In this document: piece after piece, positions 1-10,966 of the stretch
Layout of the letters: every line of letters starts with the position of its first letter
Position numbering within the stretch: position 1 is the stretch's first letter
Assembly (NCBI GenBank): GCA_043228905.1
Contig: JBHGNT010000008.1
Location: 16,678,001-16,742,000 of the forward strand
Length of the DNA: 64,000 nucleotides
DNA from: Azolla caroliniana
Taxonomy: Eukaryota > Plantae > Polypodiophyta
Reading direction: 5' to 3'
Notes under the pieces: model-generated
The model's input: the letters and a program-made list of their open reading frames with translations, nothing else
What the model was told of the DNA's origin: nothing
Databases searched by the model: none
Position numbers and translations under genes: made by a program

Positions 1-1636
1 CTTCCGGTATTACCATATTAACTGCTGGACCCTTTCCTTTAACCGGACATTGATTAGCATAATGGCCTAGTTGTCGACAAATGTAACAAGTGGGCACAAA
101 TGTTGCACTGGTCTCTCCATGTGCAAATTGCCCGTTATTAAATTGCTGCTCTTCATTACCATTCGGGTTTTGTTGGTATTGACGTGTAGCTTTTGGTTTG
201 TAAAATCTCTTGTTTTTATACCTATTCGGCCTAAATTGTTCAGTATTATCATTTGGTTGTGCTATATTGTGTGGTATCCCGAACTCCTGATTTGGCGGAA
301 AATTACTCTGTTGAAACATTTGATTATTTTGTGGAACAGTTTGAGTATTATGTTGAAAAGTCATATTACCCGGTTGAAATGCCGGATTTGGTTGAAATGT
401 AGAATTCGGTTGCACATTCGGACAGTTCTGTTGAAACCCTTGAAATGGTGGATTACCTTGTTGGAAACTTTGATTATTTTGTTGAAAATATTGATTCGGA
501 TTCTGTACGAATGGTGGGTTGGATTGAGCAAAACCTGGTTGAAATGCTTGAGTCACTTGAGTGGGTTGCATATTTTGTTGTGAAAAGATCTGATTTGGCT
601 GTAGAACCGGGTTCTGTTGTACATTTTGCTGATTTTGTGAAAAATTATTATTTTGATAACCATTGAACAGATTAGTGTTATTTTGGTAACCATTGTCAGC
701 AAAAATTTGTCGTACTGACGCCGTAGTCTTATTAAGCAGATTATATTCACATTGTTCTACGGAATGTAATTTTGAATGACATATTGTACAATGTGTTCTT
801 AACGTACAGTCAATTGCCGAATGCCCCGTATTTAAACAAGTGGTGCATTGAACTGCTTGTCGAAATTGTAACTCCTCCATTGTTGGTAATGTACGGTGTA
901 ATGCCGACATGTCCATACTCTGAACATTGACCGGTGGTCGACCCATTTCTATTGCTTTATCAATGACTTGTTCGATAGTCTGATTTCTAAAATCGAACAC
1001 TTTCAATGTCGTCCTTAATGGTTCTTTTACAGCTTCTAGAAAGACTTCTTTTAATTCCTTATCCGGAATCGGTCTTGAAATCTGAAGCTGTAAGTTCTGA
1101 AATCGTATCACAAACTGAGATACTGTTTCATTTTTTTCTTGATATAACGCATAAAATTGCGCAATCAAATCCTTCTGCGGAATTTGTTGATGAAATAATT
1201 GTAAAAATTTACTAGTTAATACTTCGAAGGATGGAAATCCTTGAAGACCGTTCTGCGCAAACCAATTAGCGGAATATCCGTCTAATGATAAGACAAACTC
1301 AGCGATGTTTGACTTATCTTTGGCATCTGCCGACAATCGCTGAGCTCCATGGTTAATCTCCCATGTCGTTAAGAAATCCCTAACATGTGCTTCCGCATCT
1401 GTTCCTTCCCGGAACTTAGAATAAGTATAAGGCATATCGTCCCAAATGTCGTAAAACGATACCTCTTCCGTCTGTTTTTCGTCTGAAGGTAATTGATCGG
1501 ATAAGTCAGGAAGTTTCGACCACTTTGTGCTTGATTCCGGCTGTTCTTGCGTAATGAACGCTTGCTGCACTACCTTCGTAACTGACCTTGTACGAGGGCG
1601 CTTACAACTGACCGGTGCCTCCTCTTCATACGACAT
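1..1636 (-). CDS. gag: Retrotransposon Gag, running off the window (absent from the ORF track)
   Basis: Manual translation gives MSYEEEAP...YSKFREGTDAEAHVRDFL...SLDGYSANWF...LYQEKNETVSQFVIRF (capsid-like), then CTTCLNTGHSAIDC, CTICHSKLHSVEQC, a Q/N-rich linker and CYICRQLGHYANQC. Confidence 0.8.
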   Translation of the reverse strand, partial: MSYEEEAPVSCKRPRTRSVTKVVQQAFITQEQPESSTKWSKLPDLSDQLPSDEKQTEEVSFYDIWDDMPYTYSKFREGTDAEAHVRDFLTTWEINHGAQRLSADAKDKSNIAEFVLSLDGYSANWFAQNGLQGFPSFEVLTSKFLQLFHQQIPQKDLIAQFYALYQEKNETVSQFVIRFQNLQLQISRPIPDKELKEVFLEAVKEPLRTTLKVFDFRNQTIEQVIDKAIEMGRPPVNVQSMDMSALHRTLPTMEELQFRQAVQCTTCLNTGHSAIDCTLRTHCTICHSKLHSVEQCEYNLLNKTTASVRQIFADNGYQNNTNLFNGYQNNNFSQNQQNVQQNPVLQPNQIFSQQNMQPTQVTQAFQPGFAQSNPPFVQNPNQYFQQNNQSFQQGNPPFQGFQQNCPNVQPNSTFQPNPAFQPGNMTFQHNTQTVPQNNQMFQQSNFPPNQEFGIPHNIAQPNDNTEQFRPNRYKNKRFYKPKATRQYQQNPNGNEEQQFNNGQFAHGETSATFVPTCYICRQLGHYANQCPVKGKGPAVNMVIPE

Positions 1637-2152
1637 CCATTCGAATTGTTCTCTGCTTAATTGCAGATGTAACCGGGCGTGCCAAAATTCTTCTGTGTTA
1701 ATCGGCTAATTACTAACTATTACCGATACAGAAGAGTGAACGTCGCTACTCAACGTTCTAACAAGGAATTGTGTTTTACGAACGGAATTATGCTATATTA
1801 ATCGGTAATTACCGTGATCGTTACTTAGTTATAAATTAGGAAGCTTGCACTTAAGATCATAGACAATAGAGAAACACAGAATCCGTACAAGATATTCCTA
1901 ACTTAAACTTATATTACTAAATAAAACGACCTTTCTTACAATGCCTTCGGTTCCCTTTTATAGGTATACCGAAGGTCTTTTCTCATCAAGAACTATTCCT
2001 ACTCCCTAACAAGATTTACAAAATTATCTAACTAACTTAGTTCCCTTCGTTTTACTGCTGAGTCATTGATCCGAACAGTCGATCCGAACCGACTCTGTTT
2101 TCGACGCTTTCCCACCTGTTCGGTAAAACTGACTGTCCGGGTCCGGGTAACA
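1..2152 (-). mobile_element. Ty3/Gypsy-like LTR retrotransposon, 5' part (LTR, PBS, gag); continues left of the window
   Basis: The minus-strand LTR starts TGTTACCCGG at 2152 and ends at about 1694-1696. It holds TATAAAAGGG near 1955 and is followed by PBS-like TGGCACGCCCGG (about 1673-1684). It interrupts a Copia LTR at 2153. Confidence 0.75.
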
Positions 2153-2548
2153 GGCGGCGGTAATACACAGAGGCAACGACCTCTTCGTCTCTCTCTCTCT
2201 CTCTCTCTCTCTCGGCTGCTCTCTTCACTCTCTCTGAGTGGAAAAACAGAAAATGAGCAACAACTTACAGCCATAATAAACAGTTTGCCCTAACTCATAT
2301 TTATACACATATGACTTTCGGGCTATTTACAAATATAGCCTCAAGGGCCCTTGGCAAACATATTCACAAATATGTCCCCTGCATCCGGATCTCTCTCTCC
2401 GGGTACATTCGTCATCCAGCTCCGTAGCCGGGGTCTTCATCATCCGGCTCCGTAGCCGGGGTCTTCATCATCCGGCTCCGTAGCCGAAACCGGGCTTGCC
2501 GTCATTCATCTCCGGACATCCCATCCGGAGGGACCGTAAATCCCAACA
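2153..2548 (-). mobile_element. 5' portion of a Copia LTR, same family as the element at 34237-39751, cut by the Gypsy insertion
   Basis: The reverse complement begins TGTTGGGATTTACGGTCCCTCCGGATGG and aligns with the LTR at 34237 up to TTACCGCCGCC. Confidence 0.9.
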
Positions 2549-3210
2549 AGATGATGCTTGGGACGCACAGTGGTGGCAACTAAGTGTAGAATGGCGGCAG
2601 TGGAGGAGGAGTGAACTCAGTCGGATCGAATAGTGGCAACAATCCACAACCAAACAGTAGCTGCAACTAAGTGTAGAATGGCAGCAATGGAAGAGTGAAC
2701 TCAATAGGAGCGAACAGTGGCAGATGATGTTTGGACCGAATAGTGGCGGCAACTGAGTGTAGAATGGAGGCAATGGAAGAGTGAACTCAATAGGAGCGAA
2801 CAGTGGCAAATGATGCTTGGACCAAACAGTGGAGGCAACTAAGTGTATAATGGTGGCAATGGAAGAGTGAACTCCGTCATATCGAATAGTGGTAGATGAT
2901 GCTTGGAACGCATAGTGGCGGAAACTAAGTGTAGAATGGCAACAGTGGAGGAGGAGTGAACTCCGTTGGATCAGAGAGTGGTAGCAATCCACGACCGAAC
3001 AGTAGCGGCAACTGAGTGTAAAATACCAACAATGGAGGAGTGAACAATGGCAAATGATGCTTGGACCGAACAATGGCGGCAATGGAGGAGTGAACTCCGT
3101 CGGTCCGAATAGTGGCAGATGATGCTTGGACAGCATAATGGCGGAAACTGAGTGTAGAATGGCGGTAATGTTGAAGTGGACTCAATAGAGTTTAGGAATA
3201 GTGGCAGTAA
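2549..3210. repeat. Degenerate tandem repeat array (units of about 70-85 bp)
   Basis: Recurring GATGATGCTTGGACCGAA...GCAACT(A/G)AGTGTAGAATGGC...GGA(A/G)GAGTGAACTC motifs. Confidence 0.85.
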
Positions 3211-3404
3211 TCTAAGCCTGAATAGTCACAAAGTGATGGCCCACGAGATGTGGCAATGGATCAATGTGGACCTAGGAATTTGGTATATAATTTATGGTGC
3301 ACATATCCATTTATGTTGCACATTTATGGTGCTCATTTATATAATTAAAACATTCTAATGTTTTCATTCATGGTGCAAAAATGGCTATTTATCACTGGTA
3401 GCTT

Positions 3405-3468
3405 TTTGCATAGCTAATTAGCTATGTCAAGGACATAGCTAATTGTTTCCACTCGCATGCTTCCACCC
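3405..3468. mobile_element. Right terminus of a second Sola2-like element inserted in an intron of the copy-2 methyltransferase gene
   Basis: The reverse complement of the end, GGGTGGAAGCATGC, matches the TIR at 19048 (GGGTCGAAGCATGC) at 13/14 positions. Subterminal CATAGCTAATT inverted repeats are present. The other end is not in the window. Confidence 0.6.
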
Positions 3469-4431
3469 TAAAGGCATATGTTCAATGGAAATTATACTTA
3501 ACCATATACTCTACAAGTCGAGAAAATCAATTTTATTTTAACATAAATTGATCATGCTTTGTAAGAATACTTGTTCCAGAGAATAAGTTGAGCACGCTGT
3601 CGTGAAGATTTTCGTCCATAGGGGGAAACCGGGGTGGAATGGGCAAGTCGGTGGTGTGCAACATGTGCACATGTATACTAGGATATGGTGTATACAAAGA
3701 GAGGGGAAATTTTATCCCACATTGTAAGGTCCCTCCCTCCTTGGGCTATAAAAGGAAGGGAGGGGTCACTTATGAAGGGTTGCCTATTTTGCGTATGAGA
3801 GGTATACCACTTAGTCTAGAGTTCTTACCGCTTTAGGGTTAGGGTTTTGGTTAGGGTTTTCTCATAGTTTTGGTGCGGTCCATGAGGCCACCATTGTTGT
3901 AATCATTCGTTCGTTTTAACATAACTTGTTGAGTTTCTTGCCTCCGCCGATCTCTCCTTCTATGTCATGGTCTTATTCTTTCCTCTTCTCCTCTTGAGCT
4001 AAGCCTCCATATCATGTCTTATTCTTTCTCCTCTACTCCCTAGTTCGAGACCCCCGTGGTCCCACCCCTTCTACACGCACGCACGTAACAATGCGACATC
4101 TTTGAACACCGGGTCATTTGAAACAGGTAATATGTCGCATTATGAGAACACTACGTCGAAAAAGGGCACAAAAGCACACAGTTTTCAGAAAGACACGACG
4201 CATGCGTAAAGCTTTTCAGAAAAGGTGGCAAAATATATTGAATTTCAACATGACTACCACTTTGAGGCATAAGTAAAATGCCTCCAAAAATACATCACCA
4301 AAATTACAAAATAATGTACAACATGTCTACCAGTTACAATTATACATATTCGTGAGTTTACATCCAAAACAAATTTACAAAGTTTCCGATCATGTAGTAA
4401 AACAATCCCCAGCTTGAACCAAACCAATATA

Positions 4432-7105
4432 TTAAGACATGTCTGATGGACTAGAAGAGCATTCTGACGTCTCATCCTCATCATCAGTGGCAATCAAAGC
4501 ATTATCCTCATCCAATTCCAACCCAACATCTTTGTGGTTATGAGAATTGCTTCTGGTTATTCTCTGTATTTCGTTTGACACCATGTTTGGGATTTTCTCC
4601 TTTATTATCTTGATAGTTGCTTGTCTTAGATGACCTGATTTTGTCAATGAGAAGTCATATACTAGTATGTCAACATGGTCTAGTGCGAGAGTAGCTGTGC
4701 TCGGTATATTCTTTCTTCTTCTCTTTCTGCTTGAACATCCGACATCCTTAACCATCTCTAAAGAATACTTTCCTGTAAATGCATCAGGTGAATTTGTCTG
4801 ATACCAGTGGACTACTATTGACTTTGTCTGACTACTTTCTTCATCCCTTACTAATTCAATAATTTTTGCAATCCAAAATGGATGGCCCAAGGTATCGTCC
4901 CCTGCTAATGTTGCAACCAACATTCCCACTTGTAGTTCTTGCAAATTACCTTGCCATCTTGCCTCAACAGTACGTGACTTTCTTGGTCCCACATAAATAT
5001 CTCTTTGCAGTGGCCGAACTAAATCATGAAGCTCCATATTATTCGATTGTTGGTGATGAGTCTACGATATCGTTGATGTCATCCCAATGTTCCATGTGAA
5101 TGGGATACGGATTGGCCATAAACCGGCGATGTAATTATCTAAAATGGTGCGTTGATGGGTGAAGAAAATCTCCCACCATTCAACATCCTCATCACCGGCA
5201 TACTTCTTAGTCTGATCAATATTATTTTGTTTCTCTGCTAGACATCTCAACCAATATGCCCTTTGTTCATCAATAGTACTATTTGGTGCTACATTTTTAC
5301 GATCATCATATGGCATTTGTTGTGCACCATGTAGAGGTTCATCTGGGATATGAAGAAGGAGCCTACAACCTTCTTGGGGCTCCCATTGTGCACTAGATGA
5401 GTATTGTTTCGCAAACAACACCGTCATCTTCAGGTGCGCCGATCTTTGTTTTATGAGGAAGACATGGTTGAAACTTATATTTATTAAGAGGTGCAAGCAC
5501 CCTACCTTTAGTCCCGTCATTATCCATGCAGAAACGTTTAAAGTCGTATACTTCTTCCAAGTGTTGTACTTCAGGCTTTGGTGTATATGCTTCACTAATC
5601 AATTTGGATAGCGTGGGAAGTGTGAAAGCATTATAGCGAGCAAGTTTCTTTGAGAACCTACTGAACATTTAATCTATGTGATCATGGGTATGACCAACCA
5701 ACAAGAAGTTAACCTTTATCTTTTTAAATATGCCCCTCTCTACTAGCATGCTTAGATAGCCGAAGACAGTTGAGTTCTTATTCTCTCTTGTTGTGTTGTC
5801 TAGTTGCACATATAGAACTGGCGGGAGTATACCTGACCATGATTGCAATACCCTGTGCATGACAGTGACAGTAAGATTAGGGTTGTTGTGGATATTGGGA
5901 TAAGTTAAGAACACTTGCGGTCTTATAGTTTGACAATATGTCAAACAACCCACTAGATGCATTTGCACGAGACACTCATCTCCAATATCCTTGGGGAGTC
6001 TTTGAAAATGCGGCAAACAAGTTTTCTTTTGATCCATGCCGTCAATAATCATGCACATATACTTTTCGGGAGATTGAAACGCTTTTTCTCGGTGATGCAT
6101 AACCTTAGTACGTTCCAATGCTCGACTTTCACGATGTTCTTTTAACAGGTTCTTGTAATTCTTGATCTCTACATCTGATTTTCCACCCTTGGCCATACTT
6201 TTTAAACTCGCACATATTGAGCAGACTCCCATTCCCACCTTTCGTGGGATAACCACGTTATTAAATTGTAACCTCCATAGTCGATTAAAATGCCTATTCT
6301 GTATGTAAGGCTCAACATCGGAAGACATGTCGTCCTTGTACGATTGGTAAACTTCCCTTCGAGTAAAGTTATCTGACAAATGAAGTCTTCCTGTCGTTGG
6401 CATAACTTCGCACTGTTTTGAAAAATATACCTCCATCCACCTAATTGCCTGTTGCCCAATTTGACCGTTACATCCAGAACCATTTTGATCGAACTGTACC
6501 CAGGAGCCCTTCAGAAGTCGCTCTTGAACTCGTTGCAGCCGCATATTTCCAATGCTATGAGTGATTTTAAAAGCTGCTCGACAACACTTGGTATTTAGTC
6601 CAAGGAAATATTCAACTTGCGTTGAATTAGGCCCTGCTTTGTGATCCAATTTAAGTTGCATATGCGCAAGAAGAAATGTATCTTGCTCTTCCCCATTAAG
6701 CGACAAGTATTTTTGTCGTGTTTCACGTAACCTTGACTTTCCATAAGTTGATAGACAGAGATTCGCACAACACGATTTGTTCAAGTCGCATAGAAGTTGA
6801 CGATCAGAACATAAGAAATTAAATCTCTTTTCACTAACTTGTCGAGGAACTCTTTTAAATGCTAGAGATTTAGTAATGCTATTGTTATCTATCGACGAAG
6901 AATCGTCCGCTTGTAAGCTTGCATGAAGAGAGCCATCAACAAGATCAATTGAAAACAGAGAATTCGAAGTACTAGGAGCCACACTTTTCTGTTTAAGCCG
7001 CGAATGTTTTTTGTGGTCGTACTCTTCTATTGAGAAATACGAGTTGTCTGACAATGAAAAGGGGGCAATAGAAAAAAGAGATGTTCTACTTGTAGAAGAA
7101 GACAT
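4432..7105 (-). pseudogene. Sola-like DDD transposase (copy 1), apparently intronless, with a nonsense codon and two frameshifts
   Basis: Motifs CSICASL, IIDGMDQKKTCLP, LYVQLDNTTRENKN and FLLVGHTHDHID*MFS (the stop is Q in copy 2). The C-terminal segment LQVGMLVATL...PFWIAKI...VHWY follows. Confidence 0.85.
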
Positions 7106-7402
7106 TTGAGGGAGTCTAACTGTATTCTAAAACCTTCTTTTGAGAAAATTAAGGAATGCTAAAGCCTAACTATATAACTACCCGAACACTTAGATTAACT
7201 ATATTATTTTCCGAAATTTTCCTAAAAAACAAATAATTAAAAATTATTTTTTATTTTAAAAGGAATGCTAAAGTCTTCTATATAAGGAGGTTAGAAATTT
7301 CATTTTCATTATCACGTGAAAGAATCCATCGAGCTCAGAGCAGAGGCCAATTTTCGAGCACTTAGAAGCACATCGTCGACAGCACTACCTCCGGCACGAA
7401 CC
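7106..7402. promoter_or_regulatory. Putative bidirectional promoter between the transposase and ParB-MTase genes
   Basis: About 300 bp of AT-rich spacer lies between divergent ATGs (7105 minus, 7403 plus). AAGGAATGCTAAAG-N4-5-CTATATAA occurs twice (7151, 7260). Confidence 0.5.
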
Positions 7403-10168
7403 ATGAACAAGGGAAAGAAAATCGTCAAGTTAGTAATATTCTTTACATTTTTTAGGATTCCTAAAGATTCCTTAAAGATTCCTTTCCTCGACACATAGAT
7501 ATTTTATTTTATTTTGTACAACGAACTTGGAAAGCAATTTTGAAAGGCAGGACCTTCAACCAAAATCCGATGCAGTGCATCGGATTTTGGTTGAAAACAA
7601 TGTTGTTTTTGCGATAAAAAACTATCGCATGGGACCATAAAATTGACCTAATTTAAATGATAATTTGCGTGATTTAGATAAAATTGTACGTTGTTTCTAT
7701 GTTTTCACCAACGTTTTTAATTTCAGTGAACCCAGACAAAAAGTTCCTTCATTTAGATTGAAGATTCGATCTCCGACAAAACGAGAATTTGGCTCCTTCA
7801 TCAAGGACACGAGTAAAAAGATTTTATTTGACTCAACGGGGGAAGGAGGATCCAAGTCATCTATGGCTACTACCAAAATCAACAAAGGTAGTACGCAAGA
7901 GGAGAAAACGGTTGAGGTGAAATATAAGGATTACCCCGAACTTGAATGGTGTCTCTCTTATGTCGAGGAGGATGGGGTGTTGTTATTGATAACGGCAAAA
8001 TCGGACGGGGAAGGGAAACTTCAGCTTGGAAAATCATTTAATTACAGGCATGTAACCAAGCTAGAGTACGAAGACATTGATTCTACATGTATTTTAATCG
8101 ACGTCTCGAGCTCAGTTGGCGACAGGCGATTGCGACTTGATGAGGGAAACCTAGTACCCGAATCTTGCAATCCTAAGGCTTTGCGTAAAGACCTGCAAAC
8201 GAAAAATAACTTGTTGGTAGCTCTTCGGCCGTACGTGACAGGAGAGATGATGACCAGTGAAGCAGAAACTCCACCGAAAAAGTCTAGGAAGACAAATCCT
8301 GTTCAAAAGAAATATACTAAACGACCACGACCCGAAGAAGAAGAAGAAGAAATATTAGAGTTCGTGGAAGAAGAAGACGACCAACAAGTCGACGTCGTGG
8401 CTCCAGGCGGACAACTATCTTCTGGTGTCCTGCCGTCATAACAAAATAAAATAAGAGAAAATATTGTGAAGACTAAACTTGTGCGCAAGGGCCAGCTATT
8501 TCATTTGCCCATTACTTCTATCCAAAGGCCCCCCATTGACCCCGTGACTGGAAGACGTCCCTTGGAAATTAGGGAGCCGCACTCCGTCCATGTGCAAAAC
8601 CTGAAAAGCAAAATGAAAATCAATCCTCACGCTACTGTGGTGCCATTTTTGGTAATGGTTGATCAAGAACAATGCCCAACAGTAGCAGATTTCAAGTATA
8701 GCTCTGGAGACGATTACACATACTATGTAATCGGAGGATCACATTCGGCCGAAGCTCGACGACAGCTTGTCAAAGAATATCCTCTCACGCCGTTCTTCAA
8801 GTACGCCGAATGTAAGGTATATGCAGGACTAACTCACGAGGAGGCGAAGCTGCTCGCATGGGACCATAACAATGACAACGATTATAGGCAAAAGATGTCA
8901 TGTATAGAGAGGATAAGATTTTTTCATCATGAATACCTGGATGCCTTGAATCGTTTTGGTCCAAGATTATGGCCTGGATTGCGACGCCAGTGTTTATTGG
9001 AAGTAGGGATTGCAGTGGATGAGAGTACCAAATCCGAAGGTCTCCGAAAATATGATTCTTGGTTTCAACTAGCTTTTCGGACCGGAGAGGTGTGGGATCT
9101 CCAAGACAAAATATTCTCTATGTGGGAGCGGAAAGAAGTCAAGGGGCAAAGATCAAAAAAGGGAAGAATTGATCCACAACTTGAGATGAAATCAAAGACC
9201 AAGGGAAAAAGCGACTTGGTAATCGAGGAGTTAGCAGAGGACATGAAACTTTTACCTTGGAGATCATTACAAGGTATCAAAGATGATAGATTGTTAATAT
9301 CCGTGCTATCTCGAGTGGTCGCCAAGGAATTTAGTTTGGACGAGATGGTAACAGACTTGCAAAAGTAAGTGTTTATAGTATACCTTTTCATGAAAGTCTT
9401 CAATTATTTTGAATATCTTATTTCTAATTTCATATTGATTGTGCAGTCACAAGGTATACATGAAGATTCAGGAGTTGATGATGCAAAAACTGAGTTTACC
9501 GATATGGGAAGAAGTTGAACAAGCCTGCCCGATAACTTCTTCCTACAAGGCATTGGAGGAATATTTTATTGTATTTAGAGAATGGGTATGTGTCTTTTGA
9601 ATGTTGATATGTTAGAAACTAATGTTCCTTGCTAACAACAATGACACTTGCAGAAACCATCAAAATCGAAAAAGAACAACGACAATAATGACGGTATTCC
9701 AGCAGCCTTCATCACGCACTTAGAACGTGCGAAATATGAGAAGAGAATGACCAAAGGGAAGGAAATGGAACTGCCCGAGGATTCGGAGACTGTAAAGAGT
9801 TTTTTGCATAGGTCTGATCCTTTCAAACAGCTTCATTATAGTGTTTTCAATGGCGAAGTATCCCAGATGCTCGAACTGTTACCGAGAAGGCACTACACTT
9901 TGTTGATAGCTGACATACCATATGGTTTCCGTATTGCAGGATCAACATATGATGATGTGCCTTTCAAGTACCCTCAGATCGAGAAAATGGTAAAGGATTT
10001 CGCAGAACTGACATTGGTGAAGAAGCAGGGGAGCTGGTGGACCTGGAAGATGTAGGACAGTTTGACCATACATCAGATTCGGGAGAGCTTGGAGATGACA
10101 CGAATGAAAACAGTCTAGAACAATCAGCGCCAGAGGAGCCTGCTCTGCCTGATTTGCTTATAGATTGA
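7403..10168 (+). pseudogene. ParB/Srx-like plus beta-class DNA methyltransferase gene, copy 1 (exons 7403-7428, 7727-9364, 9447-9585, 9654 onward)
   Basis: GT-AG introns are frame-consistent and shared with copy 2. ParB-like YYVIGGSHSAEARRQL...LTHEEAKLLAWDHN and MTase VFNGEVSQMLELLPRRHYTLLIADIPYG are present. There is a premature TAA at 8439 (GAA in copy 2), and the rest of the MTase core is deleted near 10015. Confidence 0.82.
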
Positions 10169-10966
10169 TGTAGATGGCGTAATGTAAAAATTGAGGATTT
10201 TGAGGCATAATGTTCACCATCACTTCATATTATATTTGTATATGAGAACATCTGTAATTGTTTATCGTTTAATTAAATTCACCTGTTCATAATTTCCCTT
10301 TTTAATCATTATTGGAACCATAGTTTGTATTTACATATAATTGGTCACCATGCTCTTCTTCAATTTGAGATATTAACATGATATCGTAATTCCTCATTTC
10401 CGTTAGCATGACTGTATATGAAAAGGCGAATGTTTTTGATAATAAGAGGTTTTTAGTTACCTACGGTTCAAGTCTACTGGCTCCACATAGTATAAATGAA
10501 TGTCGTACGTAATTGTTACTCTTACCAATTACATTGTCATGAACTATATGACATTATACAATGAAACTATCGATATACCCGTCCAACAAGTGGGGTACTA
10601 CTTTATTCCTAAACCCAAAACCACATATTTATAATTACGGTTTATGTAGTTTTACTCTACAATTTGAATATGGATACCAATTTTAGAACTTTATATTGAA
10701 CCAAGTCTTCAATTGTGCTCCATGATATGCAAATTGACACGAATGTGGACACATATACAATTTAGTAATTGCTAGGTTTTTTTTGTTCTATATTTAACCA
10801 TCAAGTCGCAAAAGGGGTACGCATGCATCGTATATTTTCGATATCAGGCTAAAATAGGGTACTTTTCTACATCTGGCCAACTATGCCAAAAGAGAATACG
10901 ACATATTACCTGTTTCAAATGACCCGGTGTTTTTGGTGAACCCGGCGTGAAGGGCGGCAAGGGAGC

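Larger units (their letters stand above)
4105..10931. mobile_element. Sola-like DNA transposon carrying a ParB-methyltransferase gene, copy 1 (both ends present, 6827 bp)
   Basis: Perfect 33-bp TIRs at 4105-4137 and 10899-10931, and TSD TTTG at 4101-4104 and 10932-10935. Removing the element restores the LTR-PBS junction GACATCTTTGGTGAACCC. Confidence 0.93.

Noticed and set aside
2549-3210. 222-aa His/Pro/Leu-rich ORF (2468-3136) and repeat array
   Set aside because: It is a translation of a degenerate minisatellite, not a gene or CRISPR.
3831-3860. Interstitial telomere
   Set aside because: It is a short degenerate telobox-like tract that is part of both LTR copies.
7403-10168. Bacterial or phage contamination as the source of the ParB-methylase
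   Set aside because: The gene has conserved spliceosomal introns, lies inside TIRs and is interleaved with plant retrotransposons through TSD-defined junctions.
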